Source: Spirochaetia bacterium (GTDB lineage: Bacteria; Spirochaetota; Spirochaetia; CADAEX01). From it: a DNA stretch of 64,000 bases. The notes beneath the pieces were generated by a model. The model saw only the letters and a program-made list of their open reading frames with translations. It did not search any database and had not been told where the DNA came from. Shown one piece after another: positions 19,267 through 29,220 of this stretch (position 1 is its first letter; each line of letters begins with the position of its first letter). The stretch spans positions 96,001 through 160,000 of the forward strand of contig JAZURI010000001.1 in NCBI GenBank assembly GCA_045606105.1, given 5' to 3'. A program made the position numbers and the translations under genes.

Positions 19267-20262
19267 TTACTGGTTGATTGTTCCGAGAGCTGTGTAAACG
19301 ATATCTGTTGTGCTGCATCCTCTTGAAAGGTCGCTGACAGGTTTTGCAAATCCCATGAAGAAAGGTCCGTAAGCTTCGAAATCTCCGAATCTCTGCATGA
19401 GCTTGTATCCGATGTTTCCTGCGTTGATGTTAGGGAAGATAAGTGTGTTAGGGCACTTTCCTGCAACTTCTGAACCAGGAGCCTTTCTGAGTCCTACTTC
19501 AGGAATGATAGCTGCATCAAGCTGGAGTTCTCCGTCAACCTTGAGTTCAGGAGCCTTTTCCTTAACGATTGCGAGAGCCTGTGTAACCTTGTCTACTGTC
19601 TCGTGTGAAGCTGATCCCTTTGAAGAGAAGGAGAGCATTGCAATCTTTGGTTCTGTAAGGAGGAATGCTTCGCAGGATTTTGCTGCTGCAAGTGTGATGT
19701 CAGCAAGCTGGTTTGCATCCGGTTCGATGATTACTGCGCAGTCTGCCAGGATGTATGATCCTTCGTGACCCCAGTCTGTTCCCTGCTTTTCCATAAGGAA
19801 GCATGAAGAAGCTGTCTTGATTCCAGGAGCTGTCTTGATAACCTTGAGAGCTGCGGAAGCAACTGCACCTGTTGTGTTTACTGCACCTGCAACCATTGCA
19901 TCACAGTCACCCTTTCTAACCATCATTGCGCCCCAGTAAAGTGGGTTGAGCATCTCTTTTCTTGCCTGCTCTTCTGTCATTCCCTTAGCTTTTCTGAGTT
20001 CATAGTATTCGTTTGCATATTCATCCATCTTAGGTGATTTTGCCGGATCTGCAATTTTGATTCTTCCGTCAAGTACAACACCTTCAGCCTGTGCTGCTGC
20101 CTGGATTTCTGCCTCGTCACCAACAAGCCATACTTCTGCGATAAGACCCTTGTCAGAAAGAATCTTTGCTGCGTTGATAACTCTTTTATCTGTTCCTTCA
20201 GGAAGAACAAGCTTTTTCTGGTTTTTGAGAGCCTGTTCTGTCATTCTATCAATAAATCCCAT
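19267..20262 (-). CDS. pta: Phosphate acetyltransferase
   Basis: VLPEGTD, LSFSSKGS, DGELQLDAA, GNIGYK, DLSRGC motifs; SD AAGGAG before ATG 20262. Confidence 0.96.
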   Translation of the reverse strand: MGFIDRMTEQALKNQKKLVLPEGTDKRVINAAKILSDKGLIAEVWLVGDEAEIQAAAQAEGVVLDGRIKIADPAKSPKMDEYANEYYELRKAKGMTEEQARKEMLNPLYWGAMMVRKGDCDAMVAGAVNTTGAVASAALKVIKTAPGIKTASSCFLMEKQGTDWGHEGSYILADCAVIIEPDANQLADITLAAAKSCEAFLLTEPKIAMLSFSSKGSASHETVDKVTQALAIVKEKAPELKVDGELQLDAAIIPEVGLRKAPGSEVAGKCPNTLIFPNINAGNIGYKLMQRFGDFEAYGPFFMGFAKPVSDLSRGCSTTDIVYTALGTINQ

Positions 20263-20391
20263 TTTTTTGCTCCTTAAGAAGATTTTTTTCAATATTATAT
20301 GATAAAACCGATTTAATTCAACCGTTTATATAGGCCAAATCAAAAATTTTTACATCTTGCACATATTTCACCTGTATATTAAAATATAACC

Positions 20392-20742
20392 ATGGTTGAT
20401 GTACGTTTGAAAAATGTTGAAGAATCCGATGTGGATACATTGCTTTCCGAGGATGTGGAATTTTCAGGAACAGCCAAGCTGGTAAAGCCTGCCATGATCC
20501 GCGGTAAGATTGATGGGGAAATTATCTCCTCCGGCAATGTCTATATTGAAAAGACCTCTGAAGTAAAGGCTGTCATAAAGACTGCAAATCTCTCTGTGAA
20601 GGGAAAGGTTGAGGGTAATATCGAAACCTCTGCGGTGCTGGAGCTTCATTCAACTTCTTCCGTGAAGGGAGATATCAAGGCAGGAACAGTTGCCATGGAA
20701 GGGGGCTGCAGATTCAGCGGCCGGATGGATGTGGCTGAGTGA
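20392..20742 (+). CDS. Bactofilin (polymer-forming cytoskeletal protein)
   Basis: I.GKIDGEI / V.GKVEGNI / V.GDI beta-helix repeats and FSGRM C-terminus. Confidence 0.9.
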   Translation: MVDVRLKNVEESDVDTLLSEDVEFSGTAKLVKPAMIRGKIDGEIISSGNVYIEKTSEVKAVIKTANLSVKGKVEGNIETSAVLELHSTSSVKGDIKAGTVAMEGGCRFSGRMDVAE

Positions 20743-21341
20743 AAAAGCTTTTTATCCTGCTTCTTCTTACAGTTTCGGTTTCTCTTTATGCCCGGGATGT
20801 CTCTGATGCAATGGCTGAATACAGAGCCGGAAATTATGATGAGGCAATTTCTGTCTGCAATGAAATACTGGAAAAATCGCAGAATGATACCGATGCGCTT
20901 ATAATTACGGGCTGGAGCCTGATGAAGCAGAAAAAGTATCAGGAGGCTCACGTTGTCTCCCTGAAGGTGCTGGAGAAGACCGAGGATTCCCGTGCCCTGG
21001 AAACAGCCGGAAAGGCATGCTTCTTTCTGTGGAAGAACAGGAGTGCACTGGAATATTTCAACCGTTATGTAAAGGCAGATCCTGAAGGAAAATATATTGA
21101 TGATGTCTTTTCCCTTATGGGAGATGTATATATGAGGCTCAAGGAGTACAACAATGCCGACATTGCATACTCTGCGGCCGTACACTATTATGCTTCAAGT
21201 CCCAGATGGTGGTACAAGCTCGGATATGCCAGGGAACTGGCCGGATCCAGGGGTGCCGCAGTCAAGGCCTATGACAGGGCTCTTGCTCTGAATCCGTCTT
21301 ATAAGGATGCTCTTGAAGGAAAGGCCAGAACCGGGAATTGA
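20739..21341 (+). CDS. Secreted TPR protein
   Basis: Signal peptide and TPR-like repeats (AYDRALALNP). Confidence 0.85.
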   Translation: MKKLFILLLLTVSVSLYARDVSDAMAEYRAGNYDEAISVCNEILEKSQNDTDALIITGWSLMKQKKYQEAHVVSLKVLEKTEDSRALETAGKACFFLWKNRSALEYFNRYVKADPEGKYIDDVFSLMGDVYMRLKEYNNADIAYSAAVHYYASSPRWWYKLGYARELAGSRGAAVKAYDRALALNPSYKDALEGKARTGN

Positions 21342-22714
21342 ACAGAAAGCTTTCCTTTGCCGTATACACATTAGGCTGTCGTCTCAATCAGGTTGAAAGC
21401 GAGGCTGTCTCCGGAGCTTTTCTCAGGGCCGGATTTGTCATCTGGGAAAAATCCATGGAGCATGGTCCCCATATCTTTGTAATCAATACCTGTACCGTTA
21501 CCTCAAAAAGCGAACAGAAGGCCAGGCGTATCATCAGGAAGGCTGCGATTGAAAATCCGGAATCCCTGGTTTTTGTCACAGGCTGCTATGCCCAGCTTAA
21601 CGGCGGCGATATAGAGGCCCTTGCTCCGAATGTCATAGTAGTAAGCCAGGAACGGAAAAGCCAGCTTCTGGTGCTTCCGGCATTTCTTGCAGAATCGGTC
21701 CGGGATTCAGGAACAAAGCTTCTTTCCCTGAAGCAGGCGGTAACTGCCCGTCTCTCCGTGCCGGTTCCTTCCCTGACAAAGTTCGATTTTCTGCCTCAGA
21801 CCTTCAGCTTCCATACCAGGGCTTCCCTGAAGATTCAGGACGGATGCAACAATTTCTGTGCCTACTGCCGTATTCCCTATGCCAGGGGAAGGAGCGAAAG
21901 CATGGATTTCGACAAGGCGGTGGAGACTGCGGTGGGTATCGAGAAAAACGGTTACCGTGAGCTGGTGCTGACCGGTGTGAATGTCACTGCCTACGAAAAT
22001 AACGGCCGGGGACTCAGGGAGCTGCTGGGTGCCGTTCTTGCCGGAACCTCCCGTATCAGGATCAGGCTTTCATCCCTGGGCCCTTATGACAATCTTGAGA
22101 ATTTTGAATATTTTGTTTCAGAGGAAAGAATCTGTCCCCATTTTCACCTTTCGGTACAGTCGGGCTCTGACAGCATACTGGCAGCCATGGGGCGTAAATA
22201 CAGGGCTGAAAGAATTGCGGCCATTACGGATATACTGAAAAAAAGCGGCCGGGATCCTTTTATTTCCGGCGATATCATAACCGGCTTTCCCGGGGAGACA
22301 GATGAGGATTTTGAGGCCTCTTACAGGCTTATAAGCAGCTGCGGTTTCTCAGACTGTCATGTTTTCCCTTATTCTCCGAGACCTGAAACCAGGGCCTTCA
22401 GTATGAAGAACCGTGTTCCGGAGCGTGTTTCCGGAAATCGTGCCGAGCGGCTTTCGGCATTGGCCGGTTCCCTTTATCTTGAATATGCGGAAAGACAGAA
22501 AGGTCGGATTGAAGATATTATCATCGAGGAAAAATGTACTGTTGACGGCAAGGAATATCTTGCCGGCCTCTCATCCAATTATCTCAAGGTCCATCTGGAG
22601 CCGGAAAAAACGGGAGATGTAAAAATCGGAGACATGCTCAGGGTCAGGCTTGACAATGTCAGCGGAATGCTCTTCGGTCAGCCTCTTCCACCATCCGGTG
22701 CTGCCAGTTTATAA
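21338..22714 (+). CDS. mtaB: tRNA t6A37 methylthiotransferase MtaB
   Basis: TLGCRLNQVES, INTCTVT, KIQDGCNNFCAYC radical-SAM motif. Confidence 0.93.
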   Translation: MNRKLSFAVYTLGCRLNQVESEAVSGAFLRAGFVIWEKSMEHGPHIFVINTCTVTSKSEQKARRIIRKAAIENPESLVFVTGCYAQLNGGDIEALAPNVIVVSQERKSQLLVLPAFLAESVRDSGTKLLSLKQAVTARLSVPVPSLTKFDFLPQTFSFHTRASLKIQDGCNNFCAYCRIPYARGRSESMDFDKAVETAVGIEKNGYRELVLTGVNVTAYENNGRGLRELLGAVLAGTSRIRIRLSSLGPYDNLENFEYFVSEERICPHFHLSVQSGSDSILAAMGRKYRAERIAAITDILKKSGRDPFISGDIITGFPGETDEDFEASYRLISSCGFSDCHVFPYSPRPETRAFSMKNRVPERVSGNRAERLSALAGSLYLEYAERQKGRIEDIIIEEKCTVDGKEYLAGLSSNYLKVHLEPEKTGDVKIGDMLRVRLDNVSGMLFGQPLPPSGAASL

Positions 22715-24407
22715 GCCACCGTTCCTTTTCCCTGTCGGCTCCTTCCGAATCGGCAAGTATCCTGAATACAGGTTCTGTTCCTGAGCCTCTCATCCATACA
22801 AAGCCCCTGTCATTTCCTTCTGCATCGGAAAAGATAATCTTGAGACCGCCCTTGATTCCGGTTTTCCTTGTTTCAGGTCCGGTTCCCTCAAAACTTCCGG
22901 TACCGATATAGTTCACCTCTCTCCAGGCTGCAAATCCGAATCTTTCTTTAAGGAATTCCCTGTTTGCCTCCCATTCCTCTGCGAAAACCTCTTCATAGCT
23001 GTTCTTGAGTATACCGTGGTCGGTACAGCTTATTTTCATCTTTGCCAGGGTATCGTCTGTGGCGGTTGTGCTGAATTCCGGCAGGGTTCCGAGTATTTCG
23101 TCCCAGGATGGATTTTCCCTGAACGGTACACCCGCTTTTTCACACCAGATTCTGTAGAGCTCAGGCATGGCCCTGAACTTGATTATGCTCATGATGGTGT
23201 TCAGCGGATCCCTTACTGTGGCAGGATAGGTGATGTTCCCTCCGTTTGAACCCTCTCCCAGAAATCTTACGCACCAGCCCTCAGCCCTTTTTTCAGCAGC
23301 CAGGTTCACCACGTTGGCTTCTCCTACCTCGCTTCTGAAAACCTTTACTCCGTAAAGAGATGCAATTTTTTCAACTCTCAGTGAGGTGGGACAGTTCACC
23401 GCTATGGCTGTTTTTCCCTCTGAGGTCATGCCGGAATATTCCATGAATGAGAGTTCTGCGGCACAGGCCAGTGCAAATATGGTCTGGGCATCAGGAATCA
23501 GCACCTCTCCCTTTTCCGACATGAAGACAAGGTTTCCCCGGTCTCCGTCATTGTCCGGCATATAGCCTATGGTGAAGCTGCTGTCTTCCGCATGCATTTT
23601 TTTCAGATAATCGGCGGCAAAGGACAGGTTTTTTCCCTCCGGAAGGATTCCGTGGGCTATGTTTCCGGCCTGGTCATTGATGAAGGAGCAGGTGATTCCC
23701 AGCCTGTCAAAGAAGCTTCTGTCTATGGAAAGGCATCTGGCGCTTCCGTTCATGTCTGCTATGATTGAAGGCTTTTCGCCACTGATGAATTCCTCCATAA
23801 GCCTTTTTTCAGGAAATGCGGTTTTAAGATTGAATTCCAGGTATGTATCCAGGGCCTCCTTCTTGTATCTTTCTCCGGAGCCGGTATCCATTTCTTCGCT
23901 GTCCGACTTGTTCAATAGCTGAACAAGTATATCTGATACATTTTCCTTTCCCATGAACTCCCTGAACATGGAGATTATTTCCGCAGCATCCTTTCCTCCG
24001 GCCACGCTTCCGTCACCGAAACCGAATTTTACGCCGTTGTGTCCCCTTGGGTTATGGCTTGCCGATACATAGAGAAAACAGTCTGCATCCGGATTTTCCT
24101 TGGTAAAGGCCATTATTTCAGGGGCACTGCAGATGGCAAGATCCCTTACTTCCAGCCCTTTCATGGTCATGATCCTGTTAAGGACGGAGCATATGGCCTT
24201 TCCTGTCGGTCTGGCATCCCGGCCTGAGATTACGGTTCTGCATCCCCTGGAGAGAACCCATTCCGAGAAAATGTGTCCTATACCTGCTGTCAGCAGCCTG
24301 TCGTTGCCGGAAATTTCAGAGGTGGGGCTGTGCTCGTCGCCGTCTGCCGCAAATACCTTTCTCCATCCGGAGGCGGAAATTATCATGTTTTCAATCAGAT
24401 TGGTCAT
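22659..24407 (-). CDS. Phosphoglucomutase/phosphomannomutase family protein
   Basis: SASHNP, DNDGDR, RGSGTEP motifs. Confidence 0.9.
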   Translation of the reverse strand: MTNLIENMIISASGWRKVFAADGDEHSPTSEISGNDRLLTAGIGHIFSEWVLSRGCRTVISGRDARPTGKAICSVLNRIMTMKGLEVRDLAICSAPEIMAFTKENPDADCFLYVSASHNPRGHNGVKFGFGDGSVAGGKDAAEIISMFREFMGKENVSDILVQLLNKSDSEEMDTGSGERYKKEALDTYLEFNLKTAFPEKRLMEEFISGEKPSIIADMNGSARCLSIDRSFFDRLGITCSFINDQAGNIAHGILPEGKNLSFAADYLKKMHAEDSSFTIGYMPDNDGDRGNLVFMSEKGEVLIPDAQTIFALACAAELSFMEYSGMTSEGKTAIAVNCPTSLRVEKIASLYGVKVFRSEVGEANVVNLAAEKRAEGWCVRFLGEGSNGGNITYPATVRDPLNTIMSIIKFRAMPELYRIWCEKAGVPFRENPSWDEILGTLPEFSTTATDDTLAKMKISCTDHGILKNSYEEVFAEEWEANREFLKERFGFAAWREVNYIGTGSFEGTGPETRKTGIKGGLKIIFSDAEGNDRGFVWMRGSGTEPVFRILADSEGADREKERWLINWQHRMVEEADRRAFR

Positions 24408-24422
24408 AAATCAGTCCTTTGT

Positions 24423-25010
24423 TCAGAATATCAGGAAAATTCCCCAGGAAAACAGAAGCACGAAGCCCATGAAGGCAAAGCCCCTGCCGGTGGTTCTTGT
24501 TTCGGATTTCTTTCCGGAGAAACCCTCCGAGCCGTATATTTCCATGAATCTCCGGTCTATGGATTCTATAATCTTTCCCGGAGTAAATTTTATCCTTTCA
24601 GCAGTTATCATGTCGAAAAAGGAGAGCATCTCCCCTACAAGCCTTCCTGCAGAGCCGGGTACGGAAAGCCCCCTGCTGACTGCAAATTTTGAAATCATCA
24701 CCATTCCTGTCAGGACAAGTCCTTTCCTGAGGCCGATAAGAAGGGCTGTTTCGGTTACCGGAAAACCGCCGGCTCTGAACAGGACCTTTCCCATAGGCTC
24801 CAGAACAGAAAAAAATGTGATGAAAACTATTATCAGTACCGAAGGAAGAAGCTTTACCTTTCCGGTTTTCATGTAATTCAGAGCTGTGAAAAAAAGGACC
24901 GTAACTGCTGCCGCTGCCGCATTGTCCTGAAAAACCAGGGCCGGAAGGGTGAGCATGGTGAAAATGAAAAGGACGGAGGGGGAAATTTCACTGCGGATAA
25001 ACCTATTCAT
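24423..25010 (-). CDS. Membrane protein, possibly ECF T-component-like
   Basis: Multiple TM helices with a P.G.VLF...F.VT..AL..G segment; co-operonic with the Gx transporter gene. Confidence 0.5.
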   Translation of the reverse strand: MNRFIRSEISPSVLFIFTMLTLPALVFQDNAAAAAVTVLFFTALNYMKTGKVKLLPSVLIIVFITFFSVLEPMGKVLFRAGGFPVTETALLIGLRKGLVLTGMVMISKFAVSRGLSVPGSAGRLVGEMLSFFDMITAERIKFTPGKIIESIDRRFMEIYGSEGFSGKKSETRTTGRGFAFMGFVLLFSWGIFLIF

Positions 25011-25515
25011 GAAGCCTCCTGAACCATACCGATTTTTTCATGAAGTTTTCTGTAAAGATTCCCAGAAGGACAGCTGAAACCGCCCCTGAAATCAGCAGCA
25101 CCGGGGCAATGTACCTGGTTGCATTTCCGAATATGACGAAATAGGCAATAAGAAGCTGTGCAACGTTATTGGCAGCCGCCCCGGCAAGACTGAGCCCCAC
25201 TGCGGAAACATGCTTTCCGAAAACCCTGAAAACCAGCATCATGGCCAGAGCCGAAGCCAGGGTTCCTCCTGTGGAAAAAAGAAAGATGTAGGAGAAAAGG
25301 GTTCCCGTAACCAGTCCCTGACCCACCACCTTCAGAAGTACCAGAATCATTATTTTTCTGTACGGAAGGAGAAAAAGGGAGAGAATGACAGGCAGGTTGG
25401 CCAGCCCCAGACGCATGAAGGGAAGGGGTTTGGGTACTGCATATTCCACCGCTGCCAGAAAAAGGCACAGGGCGGCCAGGAAAGGGAGCAGCTTCTTATC
25501 GGTCCGTGATTCCAG
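25003..25515 (-). CDS. Gx transporter family protein (heptaprenyl diphosphate synthase component I-like)
   Basis: E..VPKPLPFMRLGLAN and S.AGA..NN.AQ motifs; the frame extends upstream through TM1 to CTG 25515. Confidence 0.85.
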   Translation of the reverse strand: MESRTDKKLLPFLAALCLFLAAVEYAVPKPLPFMRLGLANLPVILSLFLLPYRKIMILVLLKVVGQGLVTGTLFSYIFLFSTGGTLASALAMMLVFRVFGKHVSAVGLSLAGAAANNVAQLLIAYFVIFGNATRYIAPVLLISGAVSAVLLGIFTENFMKKSVWFRRLHE

Positions 25516-25858
25516 CTTCGCCCCCTTCCACCGTTACAATGATACGGTTCGGCAGACAGGCCAGAAAGTCTCCGTCGGAGGCCGCCTTCCCCATATGTAT
25601 GCATATCTTGTCCCTGCACGGTGAATTGTTGAATTCTATGTAATTGTCCTTTATTGTCAGATGAGCTTCTCCCAGCATGCCGGTAAGAACGATTTCACGC
25701 TCCTTGTCAAGAGGATAGATGTATTCGGAATCCTTTACCTTTATGACAGCCTTTGCTTCCGTACCGCCCCTGTCGGAAAGCATCAGGAGGGAAGCTGCTA
25801 TGAGAATTACGGAAACAGCGCCGAAAAGAATGTCTGCAGGTTTCAGGAAAAGCTTCAC
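25496..25858 (-). CDS. NusG domain II (DUF1312-like) membrane-anchored protein
   Basis: N-terminal TM; SPCRDKICIHMG...ACLPNR motif. Confidence 0.9.
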   Translation of the reverse strand: MKLFLKPADILFGAVSVILIAASLLMLSDRGGTEAKAVIKVKDSEYIYPLDKEREIVLTGMLGEAHLTIKDNYIEFNNSPCRDKICIHMGKAASDGDFLACLPNRIIVTVEGGEAGITDR

Positions 25859-25961
25859 AGGATAATTATATCATATCATCTAAGAGAAATAATAGTCTTG
25901 TATTAAAAGATATTTTATTATATTTTGATATAAATCAATTAATTAGAGAGGTTTACCTGTT

Positions 25962-28250
25962 ATGAAGAGAAGATTGATCACATCAGCACTTCCTTATGTA
26001 AACAATATCCCACATCTGGGAAATCTTATACAGATGCTTTCGGGCGATGTATTTGCCCGTTTCTGCCGCAGCCGCGGATACGATACGCTCTATATCTGCG
26101 GAACCGATGAATACGGAACAGCCACCGAAACCAAGGCCCTGGAGGAAAAGAAGACTCCGAGAGAACTCTGCGACTACTATTTCAAGGAACACACACAGAT
26201 CTATGACTGGTTCAAGATAACATTTGACAAGTTCGGACGCACATCCAACGAGGAATGTACCGAAATCACTCAGATGCTCTACAAGGATCTGGAGAAAAAC
26301 GGACTTATCCAGGAGCACACAAACAAGCAGCTTTTCTGCCCTCAGTGCAACATGTTCCTTTCAGACCGCTATGTAAGGGGAATCTGTCCTAAGTGCGGCG
26401 CAGACGATGCCAGAGGAGACCAGTGCGACGGATGCGGTTCCCTTCTCGACCCTACAGACCTGAAGGAGCCAAGATGCTCAACCTGCGGTGCCACACCTGA
26501 AATCAGGGAGACAAAGCACCTGTATATCAATCTCCCTGAACTCAGCGGAAAGCTGGAAAGCTGGATGGAGACAGTCAGCAAGGAAGGAAAATGGTCAGAT
26601 AATGCCATCAACATCACCAAGGCGTGGATCCGCGACGGTCTTAACGAGAGAGCCATCACCAGAGACCTGAAATGGGGAATTCCCGTTCCTCGTCCGGGCT
26701 ATGAAGACAAGGTTTTCTACGTATGGTTCAATGCTCCTATCGGATATATCTCCATTACAAAGCAGCTTGCCAACGAGCTTGCGGCCCAGGGCAAGGAAAG
26801 CTTCGACTGGAAAAGCTGGTGGATTCCCGAAGAGAGCGAAGAGGCAAAAGGCAAGGAAAAGGTTGAGCTTTTCCAGTTTATCGGCAAGGACAACATCCCT
26901 TTCCACACAGTTATTTTCCCATGTACACTTCTGGGCTCCGACCATAACTGGACCAAGCTCCATCACATGAGCTCCTCCGAATATCTCAACTACGAGGACG
27001 GCAAGTTCAGCAAATCAAGAGGTATCGGAGTTTTCGGAACAGATGCCATTTCCACAGGCATTCCGGCCGATGCATGGAGATTCTATATTTTCTACAACAG
27101 ACCTGAAAAATCAGACTTCCAGTTCACATGGAAGGATTTCCAGGAAAAGATGAACAGCGAGCTTATCGGAAATCTGGGCAACCTGGTTAACCGTACACTC
27201 CTTTTTGTAAACCGCTACTACGAGGGTAAGATTCCTCAGGCTCCTGTGGATGAAGAACTCTGGAGCGAGATCAGGAAAAAGGAAGCAAGAATCACAGAAC
27301 TTCTGGAATGGGCAGAGCTCAAGGAAGCATTTCACGAGATGTTCTCCATTTCCGACATCGCCAACAAGGCATTCCAGGCAGCAGAGCCATGGAAGACACG
27401 CAATACAGATCCTGAGCTGGCAGCAAAGCTTATCTACAACCTCAGCTATGTTATCCGCGACCTTATGATCATGATGAATCCATATCTTCCTCAGTACACT
27501 GAAAAGGTTCTTTCATATTTCGGCAAGGAAAGCTTCTCCTGGGATGAAATCGGAAAGCTCGAAGGGCTCGATACAGTGGGACCTACAGAAGTTTTCTTCA
27601 CCCCTATGGACAAGAAGACAATGGAAGCCTTCAGAGACAAGTTCTCCGGAAGCCAGAAGGAGAGAAAAGAGGAAAAGCAGCCTGAGCAGAAGAAGTCCAA
27701 GAAAAAGGAAAAGCCTCCTGTTGAGGACGAGGTTCTCCCATTTGACCAGCAGGCCCCTTTCTTTACCAAAAATATCCGCCTGAAGGTGGCAAAGATCGTA
27801 AGCGTGGAACGCAATCCTGAAAGCGACAAGCTCTACATCGAGCATCTCGATGACGGCAGCGGAGAGGACAGGGTAATCCAGAGCGGTCTGGTTCCTTATC
27901 TTACACCGGAAGAACTCATGGGCAAGCACATCATCCTGGCCGACAACCTTAAGCCTAGAAAGATGAGAGGTGTGGAAAGCCGCGGTATGCTTCTTGCTGC
28001 AGACTACAAGGATGCAGACGGCAAGGAATGTGTTGAGGTCCTCACAGCACCTTGGGCAGCACCGGGAACACAGGTTGTTCTTGAAGGCGACGACCCTGCA
28101 GGAATCAAGCCGGACAATATCGATGCAGGCCTTTTCTTCAGTATCGAGGTAAATGTTGTGAACAAGAACGTTGAAATCGGCGGAAAGAAGCTGGTGGCAG
28201 ACGGCAAGATCCTTACAACAGAAAAAACAGAAAACGGCGGAGTTCATTAA
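25962..28250 (+). CDS. metG: Methionine--tRNA ligase with C-terminal tRNA-binding domain
   Basis: ITSALPYVNNIPHLGN, zinc knuckles, KFSKS, C-terminal OB-fold (NLKPRKMRGVESRGMLLAA). Confidence 0.97.
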   Translation: MKRRLITSALPYVNNIPHLGNLIQMLSGDVFARFCRSRGYDTLYICGTDEYGTATETKALEEKKTPRELCDYYFKEHTQIYDWFKITFDKFGRTSNEECTEITQMLYKDLEKNGLIQEHTNKQLFCPQCNMFLSDRYVRGICPKCGADDARGDQCDGCGSLLDPTDLKEPRCSTCGATPEIRETKHLYINLPELSGKLESWMETVSKEGKWSDNAINITKAWIRDGLNERAITRDLKWGIPVPRPGYEDKVFYVWFNAPIGYISITKQLANELAAQGKESFDWKSWWIPEESEEAKGKEKVELFQFIGKDNIPFHTVIFPCTLLGSDHNWTKLHHMSSSEYLNYEDGKFSKSRGIGVFGTDAISTGIPADAWRFYIFYNRPEKSDFQFTWKDFQEKMNSELIGNLGNLVNRTLLFVNRYYEGKIPQAPVDEELWSEIRKKEARITELLEWAELKEAFHEMFSISDIANKAFQAAEPWKTRNTDPELAAKLIYNLSYVIRDLMIMMNPYLPQYTEKVLSYFGKESFSWDEIGKLEGLDTVGPTEVFFTPMDKKTMEAFRDKFSGSQKERKEEKQPEQKKSKKKEKPPVEDEVLPFDQQAPFFTKNIRLKVAKIVSVERNPESDKLYIEHLDDGSGEDRVIQSGLVPYLTPEELMGKHIILADNLKPRKMRGVESRGMLLAADYKDADGKECVEVLTAPWAAPGTQVVLEGDDPAGIKPDNIDAGLFFSIEVNVVNKNVEIGGKKLVADGKILTTEKTENGGVH

Positions 28251-29209
28251 TGGAAAAATCCTTCCTCCAGAGCAGCTTATGGGCCTCTTTCAAATCTGCT
28301 TTCGGCTGGAAGGGTTATACCTTTGAATTCGGCGGAGAAAAGATAAACGTACTGTTAAGGCGTTTCGGAAAGATTTTCTCTCTGGCCTATATACCCTATG
28401 CCCCTGCCGACGACAGCAGGATCGGGGAGCTTTCCCGCTACCTGAAAAAGCAGCTTCCGGCAGGGTGTATTTTTATCAGATACGATTTTCCGTGGTTTAC
28501 AGAGCAGGAAGGCTCCTGGAAAAGCAGCCCGGCCGTAAAAAAGGGCTTTTTCAAGGCATCCCTGGACATACAGCCCCCATCCTCCGTACAGCTTGACCTG
28601 ACCTTATCCGAAGCAGAGCTTCTCAAGGGAATGAAGGACAGAGCCAGACGCAACATCAGGACCGCCGAAAAACGGGGCGTCAAGGTAGAAGTCTGCGGTG
28701 TGGACAAGCTCCCTCTGTGGTACGACCTTTATAAAGAGACTGCGGAAAGGGACCGTATCTCCATTCACGGATTCAATTATTATCAGAAGCTGTTCCTGCT
28801 GGCGGCAGAGCAGAAGGATATCGAAGCAAGGCTTTATCTTGCCTCTGTTGAGGGGGATGTCATAGCCGGAATCATAACTATATTCAACGGCAGGGAAGGA
28901 ATATACCTGTACGGTGCCTCCTGCGGAAGAAAACGGGAAACCATGCCGGCGTATGCACTTCAGTGGCAGGCCATAAGAGATGCTAAGGCATCAGGCTGCA
29001 CTTCCTACGATTTTTTCGGAATACCGCCGGCCCCGGACGAAAATCATCCGATGTACGGTTTATATTGCTTCAAGACAGGATTCGGAGGGCGTATTATTCA
29101 CCGTCCGGGTTGCTGGGACTATCCTTGCAGGCCTTTACTGTACCGTATGTATCGCCTGGCAGAGGCTGCGCGCCGGTACTACTACAAGACCTTCAGAAAA
29201 AAACACTGA
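28250..29209 (+). CDS. FemAB/FemX-family peptidoglycan aminoacyltransferase
   Basis: FLQSSLW, RRNIRTAEKRGV, YLYGAS, YDFFGI, FKTGFGG motifs. Confidence 0.9.
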   Translation: MEKSFLQSSLWASFKSAFGWKGYTFEFGGEKINVLLRRFGKIFSLAYIPYAPADDSRIGELSRYLKKQLPAGCIFIRYDFPWFTEQEGSWKSSPAVKKGFFKASLDIQPPSSVQLDLTLSEAELLKGMKDRARRNIRTAEKRGVKVEVCGVDKLPLWYDLYKETAERDRISIHGFNYYQKLFLLAAEQKDIEARLYLASVEGDVIAGIITIFNGREGIYLYGASCGRKRETMPAYALQWQAIRDAKASGCTSYDFFGIPPAPDENHPMYGLYCFKTGFGGRIIHRPGCWDYPCRPLLYRMYRLAEAARRYYYKTFRKKH

Positions 29210-29220
29210 TTTCAGTTATT
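29199..29220 (+). repeat. Left copy of a 22-bp direct repeat, AAAAACACTGATTTCAGTTATT
   Basis: Identical to 33596-33617. Confidence 0.95.

Noticed and set aside
22659-22714. 56-bp convergent overlap of mtaB and the phosphomutase gene
   Set aside because: Short 3' overlaps are common throughout this compact genome.
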